Source of the DNA: Sarea resinae
Taxonomy: Eukaryota
Length of the DNA: 64,000 nt
Assembly (NCBI GenBank): GCA_026026165.1
Contig: JAPEUD010000019.1
Span: 124,001 to 188,000, forward strand
Direction of reading: 5' to 3'
The first letter of the stretch is position 1. Every line of letters starts with the position of its first letter. The notes beneath the pieces are model-generated. The model was not told the origin of the DNA. It searched no databases and saw nothing but the letters and a program-made list of their open reading frames with translations. The position numbers and the translations under genes were made by a program. This document shows positions 1 to 13,254 of the stretch, piece after piece.

Positions 1-359
1 GTAACACGAGGCCGAGTCTTATCAGCTTTCTCCTCAGGCCGCCGTGCTTTCCGCTGCTTCTCTCGCCAACGTCTGCTATATGCTCTTGCCTTGTCCTCTC
101 TCAAGCTTTTCAGATAGGCGCTTTTTGCATCCTTGTCGACAAACTGTTCTCGTGCGTACCGCAATGACTCTTTTTTTTGTGGCTGACCTGACAATGTTGC
201 ATTGGTCGTGATTTGATGTGCTCTCGTTCCCAGAAGCCGTGGGTTTGGAATCGGAGGCCATTGCGTTAACAGCCTCGGGGCTAGAAACGGGAGGATTGGC
301 AAGTCCGTGTCTGAGAGTCGGCCAAGTTTATGCAGCGAGCGAAAGTACATGAGGGTCAT
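1..359 (-). CDS. 5' part of a gene running off the window; probable mitochondrial-targeted protein (possibly PPR/RNA-binding)
   Basis: Stop-free frame from ATG 359 (second ATG 350) to base 1: MTLMYFRSLHKLGRLSDTDLPILPFLAPRLLTQWPP...KKESLRYAREQFVDKDAKSAYLKSLREDKARAYSRRWREKQRKARR. An in-frame TAG lies just upstream. Absent from the ORF track because it has no stop in the window. The Arg/Leu-rich N-terminus with LPFLAPR resembles fungal mitochondrial presequences. Confidence 0.6.
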   Translation of the reverse strand, partial: MTLMYFRSLHKLGRLSDTDLPILPFLAPRLLTQWPPIPNPRLLGTRAHQITTNATLSGQPQKKESLRYAREQFVDKDAKSAYLKSLREDKARAYSRRWREKQRKARRPEEKADKTRPRV

Positions 360-723
360 CCTCTAAGGGTCATATATGCATCGTCGTATATTGTATGGCG
401 ATTTGCAAAGCTTGACGTTCCAGGCTTGAGGAATCAACGTGGTCGGAGTTAAGGCTGAGGCTGAAAAGTTGCCAGAAGTACGAAGCGAAAGTCGCGAACT
501 TTTGAACTTCATTCGAGTCCGGAGCTTGACGACACAGGCGCAGATCTCGCTCACCAGCCACTATCGCTCATGAGCATCCTCACCACGTCTCAGGTCCTGC
601 AGGAACGGTCATCAATGCTTCGAATATAAAGCTGCAAAGAAACACCTCTAAAAGAGCATTCGCGCGCACATTCACAACAAAGCCACTCGCACGTCTACAG
701 CTATTGAGACTCAGACAAACGCA

Positions 724-1344
724 ATGTCGACCAACCACTCTTCCCTCGAAGCCGCGTCCAACGAGCGCAAAGCCCGCCTGGCCAAGCTAAAGTCGCTGAA
801 ACGAAAACAGCCCGACTCCTACGACGACACCGAAGAGTCATCCACCAAAGCCTCAGATGGCCTGCTCACATCTCCTGCCCCAGTAGACGTCACAACGACC
901 TACTTGTCGGGGCGCAACTACGACGCCGCGACTCGAGGGCCAAAACTCGGCTTCGAAGACGCTCCTACGGAAGGTCAGGTCACGCTCGAAGATCAAGCGC
1001 GAGAGATAGCGGAGCAGACGGCAAAAGAGGCCGAGGAGGAAGAGAAGGCGGACCGGCCGATAGACCTGTTCAAGCTTCAGCCGAAGAAGCCGAACTGGGA
1101 TTTGAAGCGGGATCTCGATAAGAAACTGGAGGTGCTAAATGTGAGGACTGATAATGCCATTGCAAAGTTGGTGCGGCAGAGGATCGAAACAGCGCAGAAG
1201 GCATCGAAGGCGAATGGGATTGGCAGTTCCGAGGGAGAGAATGTGGGGATAGAGGGAACTACGTTGGTAGAGGGTATTCATATGAGGGAGAGAGAGGAGG
1301 CAGAAGATGAGAGGAGGGACGAGGAAGATGAAGAGATGTCATGA
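724..1344 (+). CDS. cwf18: Pre-mRNA splicing factor Cwf18/CCDC12 family
   Basis: Single-exon 206 aa ORF with ERKARLAKLKSLKRK, GRNYD...GPKLGFE and LQPKKPNWDLKRDL...RTDNAIAKLVRQRI motifs. Confidence 0.9.
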   Translation: MSTNHSSLEAASNERKARLAKLKSLKRKQPDSYDDTEESSTKASDGLLTSPAPVDVTTTYLSGRNYDAATRGPKLGFEDAPTEGQVTLEDQAREIAEQTAKEAEEEEKADRPIDLFKLQPKKPNWDLKRDLDKKLEVLNVRTDNAIAKLVRQRIETAQKASKANGIGSSEGENVGIEGTTLVEGIHMREREEAEDERRDEEDEEMS

Positions 1345-1809
1345 ATTTTCCAATCCGGCGTTTGGCAGGCATATTGATCGGGAAAGCCATGGCGTTTATT
1401 GTCTGGATCGAATGCCTTGGGTCTCCAGAGTGCTTCTCCGGGGTCTGCAAAATATTTCTAATAACTACAATCGCAAAAGCTACCATTACGAGACAATGAC
1501 TGGGCTGACGATGACGGGCATTGGTATTGTGAGGATGATAATTACATGATATCCTCAGAAACATCCACTGTCACCCAGATCTACGCATTCGGCAGACAGC
1601 TAATCAAGTCGTGCCACTATACCGCAGTAGTAAAAGTTTATCAACCTGGCGAAAAGTATCTATGCCTTTCCAATCATCTCATCAGCCGTGAATGCGCGGA
1701 AAATATCATTCTAATTATCAACACTTTTGGCCAGAGTTCATCACTGCTCGTCGACCCATGTCGCCAGAACTCCTCAATGCTGCACAATGCCAATACCACA
1801 GGAATACAG

Positions 1810-4569
1810 CTATGGAATGCTTTGCATCATGTACGGCTGAGGACCAGATTGCGGCGTGCTCTTAGATATAGAGGGTATCGAACCATACGCCTGAGGTGGA
1901 AGAGGCCTCTTGTTCTCCACGAACGGTGACATTTGAGGCGGGGGTGGTTTGGGAGGAAGATGTGATGGCGTTCCCCATTTGGATATTGTGCTGTGATTTG
2001 ACAATTGATTGGGAGACGGTTGATGGGAAGCATATGGCATATTCTGAGTACTGGCTGATTGTCGAATGCTGGGGCCTTGAGGAAATTGGCCTGGGGAGAA
2101 AGGGGCTGGTCCGCCCTGAGTCATCGCCTGATGTGGTACATGAGCTGGCATCTGCTGAGCGGCAAATTGACCTGTATACTGAGGATTGATGTCGGCAGGG
2201 GGTTGCGAGCCATATCTCTCAGCCTGGTTCATTCCATACCCACTGCCGGGAATGAAGGATTGAGTTTGTGGATTGAATGTTTGGCGGTTGTAACTTCCAG
2301 GGATTGGATGCTGGCTTTGGTAAGGCGAGCTACTCGAGCTACTGTTAAAGGATGGCTGTGGCAACTGTCCATACGGATATGGGCCCCGCGAATTCACAGG
2401 GGAGAAATTCTGCGAGTCTGCTGGAGATCGCGCTCCCTGAGCTGGAAAGGGAGCGGGGTACGAATTCGGGTAGTACGGCTGTGTCCACTGCTGTTGTGGA
2501 GGTTGAGTCTGAGGCCGTGCCTGGGCAGGAAAGCCACCTCTTCCTACTGGTGGCACTGCTGCGGATCGTTGTGCTTCCGGACTCCAAGCTTGGAACGGGA
2601 TGGCTTGCGGCTTCGGCTGACTGGGCTGGCCATAGCCTGCCTGGGGCATCTGAAAAGGGCCTTGACTCGACGGCGGAGCTCCTTGGCTTGACATGGATCC
2701 ATGACTCGCCATAGGATAAGAGGAAGGCCCATCCATGGTGAATGGCTTAGGATATTGCGGGCCGCTCGGTATAGTAGCTCCCATTCCCATCGGTTGGCCA
2801 CCAAGTGACTCGGGAGGAGGAATATACGAATCAGCAAACGGCGCCCCACCGTAGGTGCCTGCGTAAGATCTTGCAGGAAATTGTTCTGGATGATAGTAGG
2901 CGTTGAATTGTGATCTCGCCTCAAAGCCGTCATCATTCGCATTCCTCTTCTTGGGCTTCTTCTTGCCTGCACCCGAACTAGATCTTGACACGTCCTTGCC
3001 ATCTTCCGCATTAGTACCTCCTTCAGCATTATCCGATTCTTCAAATCCTTTGAAGATCCGTTCCCTAGCTTCTTTGTATTTTGCTTCTCTTTCTTCTCGA
3101 GTCAAAAGATGCTTATCTTTGGTAGACATGGAGCCACTGGACTTCATCCCACTTCGGTCTGGATCGCTACCACTATCACCACCAGCTTCCGAGGTGGTCT
3201 TCGAAGGATCTTCCGAGCTTCCGGGCGTATTCGCATCCGAACTCGGCTTCTCTCTATCCGCACCGCCTCTTCGCATGATCTTTACGGCAGGGACATTGGG
3301 CGGCGGCGTGTTTGCCGACGTTGGAGGATTGGAGATTCCCGTTAAAGGTGGAGGACTAGCATGCATATCAGAAAGGTAACAAAGAAAGGCAAATAGACTG
3401 AGGCTTACAGTCTACAAAATGGAGTCCGATAAAGTCGAACAGCACTAACGGCATTGTCAACAAAATGCGTTAGATAATAGTAGTCCGCGAGCTTGTGTGC
3501 AAGCAGTCGATAGAATGAGTTGCAAGGCGGAAGGTCAAGTGTCGCTTCCCTAGGATTGTTAGCGAAAGGCAATTGATAGCAAACCATCAAAAGCCAACGT
3601 ACTGAGAATCTTTGACAAAGTTGATGACATCTTGCTCGAGTCGCAAGAGAAACAGCCTATCCTTTGGTGATTCCAGTGCTTCCAGCAGCTTCTCATCCGG
3701 GTCCTTGCGAGTGAATCCATAGGGTGTTTCCGCCCCTTTGGAAGCCTCTTGCCCTTGAACAAGGGAAGGCAGAGATTCGTCTAGCTTTGGTAGGACGCCA
3801 ATAGCATCAGGCGACTGCGAGTCTGGATGAGGCATATTGGGATGGAATCGCGCCGCTATTATGCCACGTTGGGGAGAGGGCCCGAAACGCTCGGAAATTT
3901 CATGAAATTGGTCTCGAAATGCCCGAGCGCCAGCCTCAGAGCCGAACCTCGAACTCGCATTGGTCGAGAAAGGTCCATTAAAAGACTCATCGTCTTCCGC
4001 AGCCTTGAGGCTCGCGCTATCGTCAGGACGTAGAGATTCTTTCTCGTCCAAAGCAAACGTTGCGCCAGATGCTACACTCTTTCCATCAAGACTGGCGGGT
4101 TTTCCCGACGTGTCCGATGTAGAGACATGTGTTTGAGCGTCGTCGAAAGTAGAGTCAACTCGTACTGGACCACTCGGACGATCTGAATCCTGGGCGCCTC
4201 GCGATGCTGGATGGTCCGTACTCTCGTCAACTTGGACAGCTTTCAGATCCTCGCTGAGATCTTTTATTTCATGCTTCCAATCGGCATTGGTGGGATTGGA
4301 GTCACCATTAGAATCACCCGTCCGAGTAGAGGAAGCGGGCTCATTGAGGTCCGAGGTCAGCGACGATTCTTTGTCAGGAAGACGTTCGCTGACTTTGGCG
4401 TGGCCATCTCGATTAGAGACAGGTCTTTGTTTTAATTGCGCGGCAGACGCAGACGCAGCGACCTGGGACCTATCAGTATTGCATTGGAACCGAATTTGAA
4501 GATCAGCTCTGAGCTCACCTGCGCAAAAGAAGCCTTCACAGTAGGATTGGGAAGAGCCGAAGTTGGCAT
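1810..4569 (-). CDS. R3H- and SUZ-domain RNA-binding protein with P/Q/Y-rich low-complexity tail (Rbs1/encore-like)
   Basis: Exons 4569-4519 (an alternative in-frame ATG at 4587), 4462-3603, 3549-3409 and 3355-1810, with canonical GT-AG introns. R3H: LEALESPKDRLFLLRLEQDV...LPPCNSFYRLLAHKLADYY. SUZ: KIMRR...TREEREAKYKEARERIF. Confidence 0.85.
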
Positions 4570-6204
4570 GCTTGTCTGGCCAATCATGACTGCACAGAAG
4601 ATGTCCTGGTAACGCGGAACCGACAGTTCGTGATTTTCTATGTTTCGCTGAACGCGGGGGAAAATGAATGTGTGGTTCCAAAAATTTTGTAGCAATAACC
4701 GTAGACGGAGGAAATTATTCAGGGAAAGTCAAGGGAAGAAAGAATCGTGTTCCGGGCATGATGAGAGGTTGGCATTTGAATCCTCATAAGCACGAGCGTG
4801 TTGAAGATGCTGCCACAAGGCGAGAAGGGGTACGAATGTCGTCTATGAGGCCGCACAACGTCAAGGCGAAGAGCTTCTATTCTTCCAGTAGAGCTCTCCA
4901 ACGTCTAAGCTTCGGCGAAAGAGAAGCCCAAAGTCGGGTGGGTCGAGTGAATCTCAACAGCTGAAAGGGTGGTGGAATCAATCAATAAGATGAAGCGGTT
5001 CTCCAGAGGCCAATGTGGTCACCCCGTCCCAAGGCCAGTCAAGAACTGGCAAGAGGCGATACCTCTATCTAAAGGGTATGCTGCTTGGAGCGAGAGAGCC
5101 TGTTCGTGGATGAATGGGAGCGAGTGATGGTGAGGGTGAGGGTGATGGTGGTGAAGGTGTCGGCGGTGGTGGTGGTGGAAGGGTCAGGTCAAGTTGGGAG
5201 TCGGATAAGATACTTTTTCACACGTATTCATACAGCGAACGAGACGGGCCTTGAACGCCAGTCAAGCACTCCATCCACTCCATCCAGGGATCCATTCAAA
5301 ACTGGATTGACAGCTCTGTTTGCAGCTCGTGCAATGCTTCTTTGTCTGCGCAGTTCCTGAAGTGCACCATCTCTGGCCCTCGGAGAATGAAGCGATCTTG
5401 GGGTTGAAAGGAACACATTGATATAGTGGAGGTTGCGCTTACGGATACCACAGGGCACTCCCGTACCAAAGGCTTCGTGACCAGCGTACACTGAAGTCCG
5501 GCGGCTCTTGGCTCTTGGCTCTTGCGGGAGTCAGACGCCCATACGGCAGAATGGAGAATGTTGTCAACCTACTTCAGTATCTCAACATGGCAAAGTCCTT
5601 GATGATGACAAAGAATGATGATTACCTCGTTCGTGATGATCTCCACTACGGATTGTACTTCATAAATCGAGGAACAGATTCTCTGCTTATGATGACCGAT
5701 TCTTGTGATAGCAGCTTTAACTCCCCGAGGTCAGTACGTGTTGATCCATTGATGATGTCCAGAGTACGATCTACGAGGCCCAAAGATAGTTTAACTCGTG
5801 ATCCGTCATCCATGTGTCTCGCGCCTGCCAGAAAGATATTTCAGGAACTTGCCGCATCTCAGCCTTTCCCAATGTGGTAATTCAACCTGACCTCCAGCTC
5901 GGACTCGATCACCACCTGCCCTGCCACTGCAACACGACTCTGGGGCTTTTTGCATTTGTATTTGCATCAGTAAACGGTTCAACGGCAAGACACTCATTTA
6001 TCTTCTCAGCATCATCCACCTCATATTACGCATTTTTCACGCGTCCAGCTGCGCCAAGGCCGGCGCCAGAAGCCGCGTCTCTTGCTTGCGTCAACTTCCA
6101 TCGCCCACCCACCCATCGAGTTCCTCAACACCCACAACAACCCTTGCACTCTCCTGGAATCTCTCAGCTGTATCGCAAACCGCGCGTTGTTGTGTGGTTG
6201 ACGG

Positions 6205-7406
6205 ATGAATCGCTATCGAGGCCCCACCATCGGCGGGCCCTCCAAGGCCACGGCCTCGACCCTGTGCCAGAAATGTTTGAAAAAAGATAAGTCCCACTTC
6301 TTGCCGCAAGATGGACGGCATCGTTGCGTGAGCACTGCAGCTGACGGCTCTCAGCACGACACTACAGCTATGAATGCAAGACCTCGGCGCAAGAGCGCCC
6401 GTATACATCGCGGCCGTCACGAACGCAGCAGTTGCTCAATCCAAAGCTCGTTCCCAAGCTGACGAGTGATGTCCCCAATGACCTCTTACGGAAGTGCGTC
6501 TCCCTCCCCGATATCTGTGCTCAAGTCGCCATGCTAATGCCGTTGTCAACTTATAGGAAAGGAATCGCAGACGAGCAACTAGCTAAGAAAGAAGAAGAAC
6601 GAGGCCGCAAACGAAGTCTCCATGACGACAACGGTGACCCCCTCTACAGGCGTCAGCCGTCGCGCTCAGTATCCTCGTCGTCATTCTCATCCATCTCCAC
6701 TGTCTCTACCAACAAATCGAGCTCCCGCTCTCCCGCCCCGCACGTCTCCTCAATCCCCGCCTCCGACGCCCGCAAGAGGCGCCGCCGCTCAGTCTCTTCG
6801 TCCGCATCGGCATCCTCGCGCAATTCCTACGATCACGATTCCCGACAGAGCCGCTCGAGTCGCTATCGCGACCGCAACACGCGCCTGCGACGCAGCTCGA
6901 CGAGTCCGGCCCAGCGCGGTCGCCGGAGAAGCCGGTCCACGCTCACGCCAATCGAGCGCGACTCCCAAGCTCAGAAACGCGCAGCACACAGCCCGGGCTT
7001 CGACCGGCGCAAAATGCCTCGTCACAGACGATCCCTGACTCCCTCCTCGCCCTCGTCCGGCTCCGACGATGACAACGATAACACACGCATGCAAACACAG
7101 AGAGACGAATCCCAATCACGACCACGACCACGGCATCACGAAGGGGCACCTCGTCCGCGGCGTGGCCACGACCGTCTCCGCGACGCACAGAGGCGCTATT
7201 CCAACGACGACGATAGGTACGGGAGCAGTTATCGCGATCCCCTTAATACGGATCAGCCGCGGCGTAGTCGACCGCCTCCAGCTTCTCCTCTCCACTCTCG
7301 ACCACCACCACCGCCACCGTCACAGCAGCAGCAGAGAAGAGAGCGCAGTCTGAGCCCTTTCAGCAAGCGTCTGGCTTTGACGCAGGCCATGAATATGGGC
7401 CGATGA
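6205..7406 (+). CDS. CCHC zinc-knuckle protein with Ser/Arg-rich tail (ZCCHC10-like)
   Basis: Exons 6205-6286, 6358-6493 and 6557-7406 give CQKCLKKGHYSYEC (C-x2-C-x4-H-x4-C), then ERPYTSRPSRTQQL, an RS-rich region and a C-terminal RERSLSPFSKRLALTQAMN. Intron 1 must be AT-AC; intron 2 is GT-AG. Confidence 0.85.
6287..6357 (+). other. Non-canonical AT-AC intron with U2-type donor and branch signals
   Basis: ATAAGT...GCTGAC (6340-6345)...CAGCAC. Only this junction restores both the frame and the exact CCHC spacing. Confidence 0.8.
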
Positions 7407-8202
7407 ATCGAGCTGATTAGGGAACGTGAATTGGCATTGAAGAGACATGGGATTGGCAATCGGGAATCGGGCATTCTCGTTCTTTTGGTTTTTGTCTTCT
7501 GTTTCTCTTCTTGGGCCGTCCTTTTTCTCTCTTCTCTTCTCGCCTCTCCTCTTCTCTTTTCTTGTCCTCTCCCCCCCTCCCTTTCGTTCTTCCATCCTTT
7601 CTCTCTTTCGTCCTTTCCCTTCTTCTCAATTCTTCCATACCAGGCTGACGATCCCCCTCTCCCTCCATACCTCCCACACCCTCCCACAGTGTATGTACAT
7701 ACGGACAAAAAAGTGCAAGCATGCCCATGTACATTAGGCCCGCCCAGCGATGATTGCGTAAGGGATCACAGTGCGTGTGAAGAGGAACTCAGATGCCAAT
7801 ACCAGACAATGACAATGCTCTGGCAATGCTATGCTATACCAACGCAGCGCAAACCACGGCATCGATGTTGGCATTACCGATTGAACAGCGTTGACCTACC
7901 TACGTACCCCATTTACTACCTTACCGACCTACCTACCACCCTACCTACCTCTCTACCTACCCTACACCTCTTACCCTTACTACCCTACCCTACCTCAACT
8001 ATACGGTATAAGATAGGTAATATAAGGTAAATCCTAGCCCTTTATATCCCGTACTCTGTATGTCCTGTCCATGGCACCGCCAACCCGCTAAACTGCCAAA
8101 CCCCTATCCTATCCTGCCATACATACTATACTATACCAACTTACTTTACTTTACTTTTCCCTGCCTTATCTTACCTTACCTTATCTTACCTTACCTTACC
8201 TC

Positions 8203-8297
8203 ACTATGTACACAGGACCTTACTATATACGCAGGACCTTACTATATACGCAGGACCTTACTATATACACAGGACCTTACTATATACACAGGACCTT
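8203..8297 (+). repeat. 19-bp minisatellite, 5 copies (ACTATATACRCAGGACCTT)
   Basis: Units at 8203, 8222, 8241, 8260 and 8279. Preceded by (CCTTA)n-like repeats and followed by a 14-bp duplication, AAGTACAGAAGAGT x2. Confidence 0.9.
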
Positions 8298-8342
8298 ATA
8301 TAAAGCAAGTACAGAAGAGTAAGTACAGAAGAGTAAGGTAGA

Positions 8343-8383
8343 TAGGTAGGTAGGTAGGTAGGTAGGTAGGTAGGTAGGTAGGT
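8343..8383 (+). repeat. (TAGG)n microsatellite
   Basis: About 10 perfect tetranucleotide units. Confidence 0.95.
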
Positions 8384-9429
8384 GGCTGGTAGCTGGTAGC
8401 AGCTGGTATTAATAACGGACTGGCTGAACCTGTTTGTATAGATCTAGCTGCTTATCTGGCTGTCACATGGAACTATATCTCCTTTGAATCCGACGGTCAA
8501 AACTGCCATCTCCTTCGGATCCAATGTCATCGGATCGGATCGGATCGGATTCATTCAGTCAGTTGATTCAATTCGTTCACTTCCATTGATTCAGACATCC
8601 TAGTCCATCTACTTGACTAAGGTAGGTACTAGGTCTAGAGAAGCTGAAAGGAAAAACCTCGATTCACTTCATCTACCTAGTCAAATGGCTTCGAGGACTA
8701 GAAAGAGAGAACCGGAAAGAGGACGAAGAAGTTTATTACTGTTCTTCCTCTTTTGGGAGATTAAAGTGGTTGGGGTGATTGATATATGAATAGAAAGCTG
8801 GGTGGATGGAGAGATAGATACAAGGTAGATAGAGAGATGGAGGGATGGAGGGATGGAGGGATGGGGAGACGGAATAAGGGGTGGATTACTCCGGAATACT
8901 AGTATGTAACTAAACCCCTCCAAACAACATCAGTACCAATACCAATACCAAAACCAACGCGCAGTTTGCCCTCGTTGGTGCGTGTGGTCAACAACATCGA
9001 GGACGACGAGGTAGGTGGCTTTGATGGCAATGACGGCGATGAAGACGGTTTGAACGGTTATAATGGCAGTGGGTAATGGATGGGCCAGGGGCAATAGATG
9101 GGCAATGGGTCATAGGCAATGATGACAATGGCAAAGACAACCTTGAACGCCAATGACAAGAACGACGACGTCAAACAATGATCTCATGTCTGAACCCACG
9201 GATTACACAGTGTGTGAATCCCGACATCAACTCAATCAATGTACTTCCTCTGTTGGAAGAACAATCTTTGAGAGTCACAAATTCTCGTTTTCGTTTGCAC
9301 GTCATGTCTGTTCATCAATATCATCATGAACATCGTAATTGGAATTTTCGTTTCTAGCTAGAACAGCAAGACCTTGCCATTGCTATGTTCCCCTGCCCTT
9401 TTACCGCCCCCTTTAGCTCTCACTAAAAT

Positions 9430-10646
9430 CTAGCCATTGACGATGACACCGCCATTGGGATGCAGGCTCTGGCCCGAGATCATGCTACTGTCCGAGGAGG
9501 CGAGGAAGACGAAGCAGGTGGCAATCTCCGAGGGCTGCCCGGGTCGCCCCATCGGCGAGGTGAATTGGTCTTGCGCTTCGTGTGTCATCGTGGACGGGAT
9601 GAGCGGTGTCCAGACTGTTTTTGATGCGTTAGATGGCCATCTTCATTTCGGGTCATGGAGCGAGATAAAGGAGAGAGGTTTCATCTTTAAGTAGCGGGAG
9701 ACTGAAGAAGGGGCAAAGACAAGGGGTCGAAAATGTTCAGCTGAATTAAGCTTACCTGGTCCAGGACACACGGCGTTGACGCGGATTCCTTTGCCGCAGA
9801 ACTGGTTCGAGAGACCGCGCGTAAAGGCCACGATGGCGCCTTTGCTGGATGTGTAGTCGAGGAGGTCGGGGCGGCCGATATAGGCATTCACGGAAGCATT
9901 GTTGACGATTGAGTCGCCAGACTTCATGTGCGGAAGGGTGTATTTGGCCATGTAGAAGTAAGGGTGGATGTTGGTGTTGAAGGTGTCGAGCCACTGGTCT
10001 CTATAGAAAGTAAATCAGTCCAATTCCTCTGTTCTTGCGTGCGAACAATGCACCAAAAAGGATAAAGAAAAGGACATACTCTGACAGCTGGAAGATATCA
10101 TCCTTCATCATCTGAAACGCGGCATTATTGACCAGGATGTTGATCCCGCCCATCTTCTCCAGTGCATCCTCGACGGCCTTCTTGCAATTCGCCTGCTCCC
10201 TCAGATCCGTAGGATGGAGATAGCATTTTCGGCCGCGCTGCTCGACCTCCTCCTTCGTCTTTTGCGCATCCTTCTCTTCGTGCGGCAAATACACAATGAA
10301 GCTGTCGGCGCCCTCCATGGCAAATAAGATGGCAATGGCCCGCCCAATGCCCGAGTCACCGCCTGTGATGAGCGCCTTCTTGCCCTCGAGCTTACCCGCA
10401 GCTTTGTAGGTCTGGTAGCCCCCGTCTTCCGTGGGCACCTTCGTATCGGTTGGCTTGGGTCCTTTCATTTCGGATTGGAGCCCAGGAGCGGATTGGTGTT
10501 GGATGGGCACTTCGTGGCCTGGATATGTTGATTAGCATTTCGACAAACTACAACGGAGAGACAAGAGGAAATTGAGGAAGCTAACCAGATTTGAATTGCG
10601 AATCCTCGCCCTTGACGGACTTGATAGCATTTTTAGCTGCCTCCAT
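9430..10646 (-). CDS. Short-chain dehydrogenase/reductase (glucose/ribitol dehydrogenase-like, YghA/YhxC type)
   Basis: Exons 10646-10586, 10518-10080, 10000-9756 and 9614-9430. Motifs: TGGDSGIG, LVNNAA, catalytic YTSSK, IRVNAVCPGPVWTPLIP, GRPGQPSE and HPNGG. Confidence 0.9.
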
Positions 10647-11559
10647 TCTAGCGACTGCGTTTCAGGTATGTTGACTGTAGTGCTCGACGAAGAAAGAGTG
10701 ACAGAGAAACTAATTTGATTCAGATCTTTGATACTCGATCTCGATTTCAGAGAAGACTTTGTAATAAAGAACGTGAATAATGTTTCGTGGTGCTGGTTTT
10801 ATCATTTGGAAAGTGGGCGAGGGTATGGGAATACACAGTTTCGTAGTGATGATATCATACCCTTGTTTTGTACCTCCGATCGCTGCGTGCAGCATGCGGC
10901 CTCGCGATTAGCATTCACGCGTCGCCCTTATCGGTTCCTCTGTCAACGTCATCGCCCACGGAATTGAAGACAGAATCTCTCGACATAGATAGCAATCCTT
11001 ACAAAAAAAGATTGAGATACATCATATCGTTCGCGAATGTGGTGTCACTTTGAAATGGACACATGCGTGAACTGCTTAGTATGAAGAATACTTTCGATTT
11101 CCATTCCCTCGTCGCTCCAGCATATCCACTGCCCTGGGCCCCCTAATACTCATCCGTTTTGGATATCGCAGCTAGAATGAGTGATCAAGAACTTAAACGA
11201 AATGAAATGCGATAACATAAAGCTCCTAGCACCTGCGACCCTGCCCAAACGTTACCCATCCATCATCAAAAGAAAGCAACTAAACGTACATCGTCTCCGA
11301 CGAAGAATGAGAAAATACGAAGAAAGGGGTGCCGATTTGACGGCATGTAAGATCTAAGCTTTTTTGGCAATGCTGAGGTCGACATTGAAGGGCTGGATTC
11401 GCCGGCGAACAAAGCAGCCTCAACGTACGACTAGAAAAGTGGGATGTGGGTGATTTTGTGGCGAGGTGGAGGATATGGCGTCTTTGCGGCGGAAGCGACA
11501 GACGAAACGGCTGAAACGAGACGAAACTGATCAAAGCTGAAGAAAATCCAGAACCAAAC

Positions 11560-13254
<1,695 letters not shown>

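Noticed and set aside
5598..5891. Box C/D snoRNA cluster (multiple RTGATGA)
   Set aside because: Only one distant CTGA (about 5887), no terminal stem, and no convincing rRNA-complementary guide recognised.
6287..6357. U12-type intron or stwintron explanation for the odd junction
   Set aside because: No ATATCCT donor or TCCTTAAC branch, and 71 nt is too short for two nested introns.
8203..8297. CRISPR-like array
   Set aside because: Head-to-tail 19-bp units without spacers, in a eukaryote with no cas genes; it is a minisatellite.
7253..8341. Several 90-200 aa ORFs in purine/pyrimidine-skewed DNA (similar ones at 17354-17715, 49894-50948 and 22011-22610)
   Set aside because: Low-complexity UTR/intergenic sequence that lacks stops by composition.
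9615..9755. Stwintron in the longer introns (SDR intron 3, PAB2 introns)
   Set aside because: No internal branch-plus-acceptor whose removal would rebuild an external donor was found.
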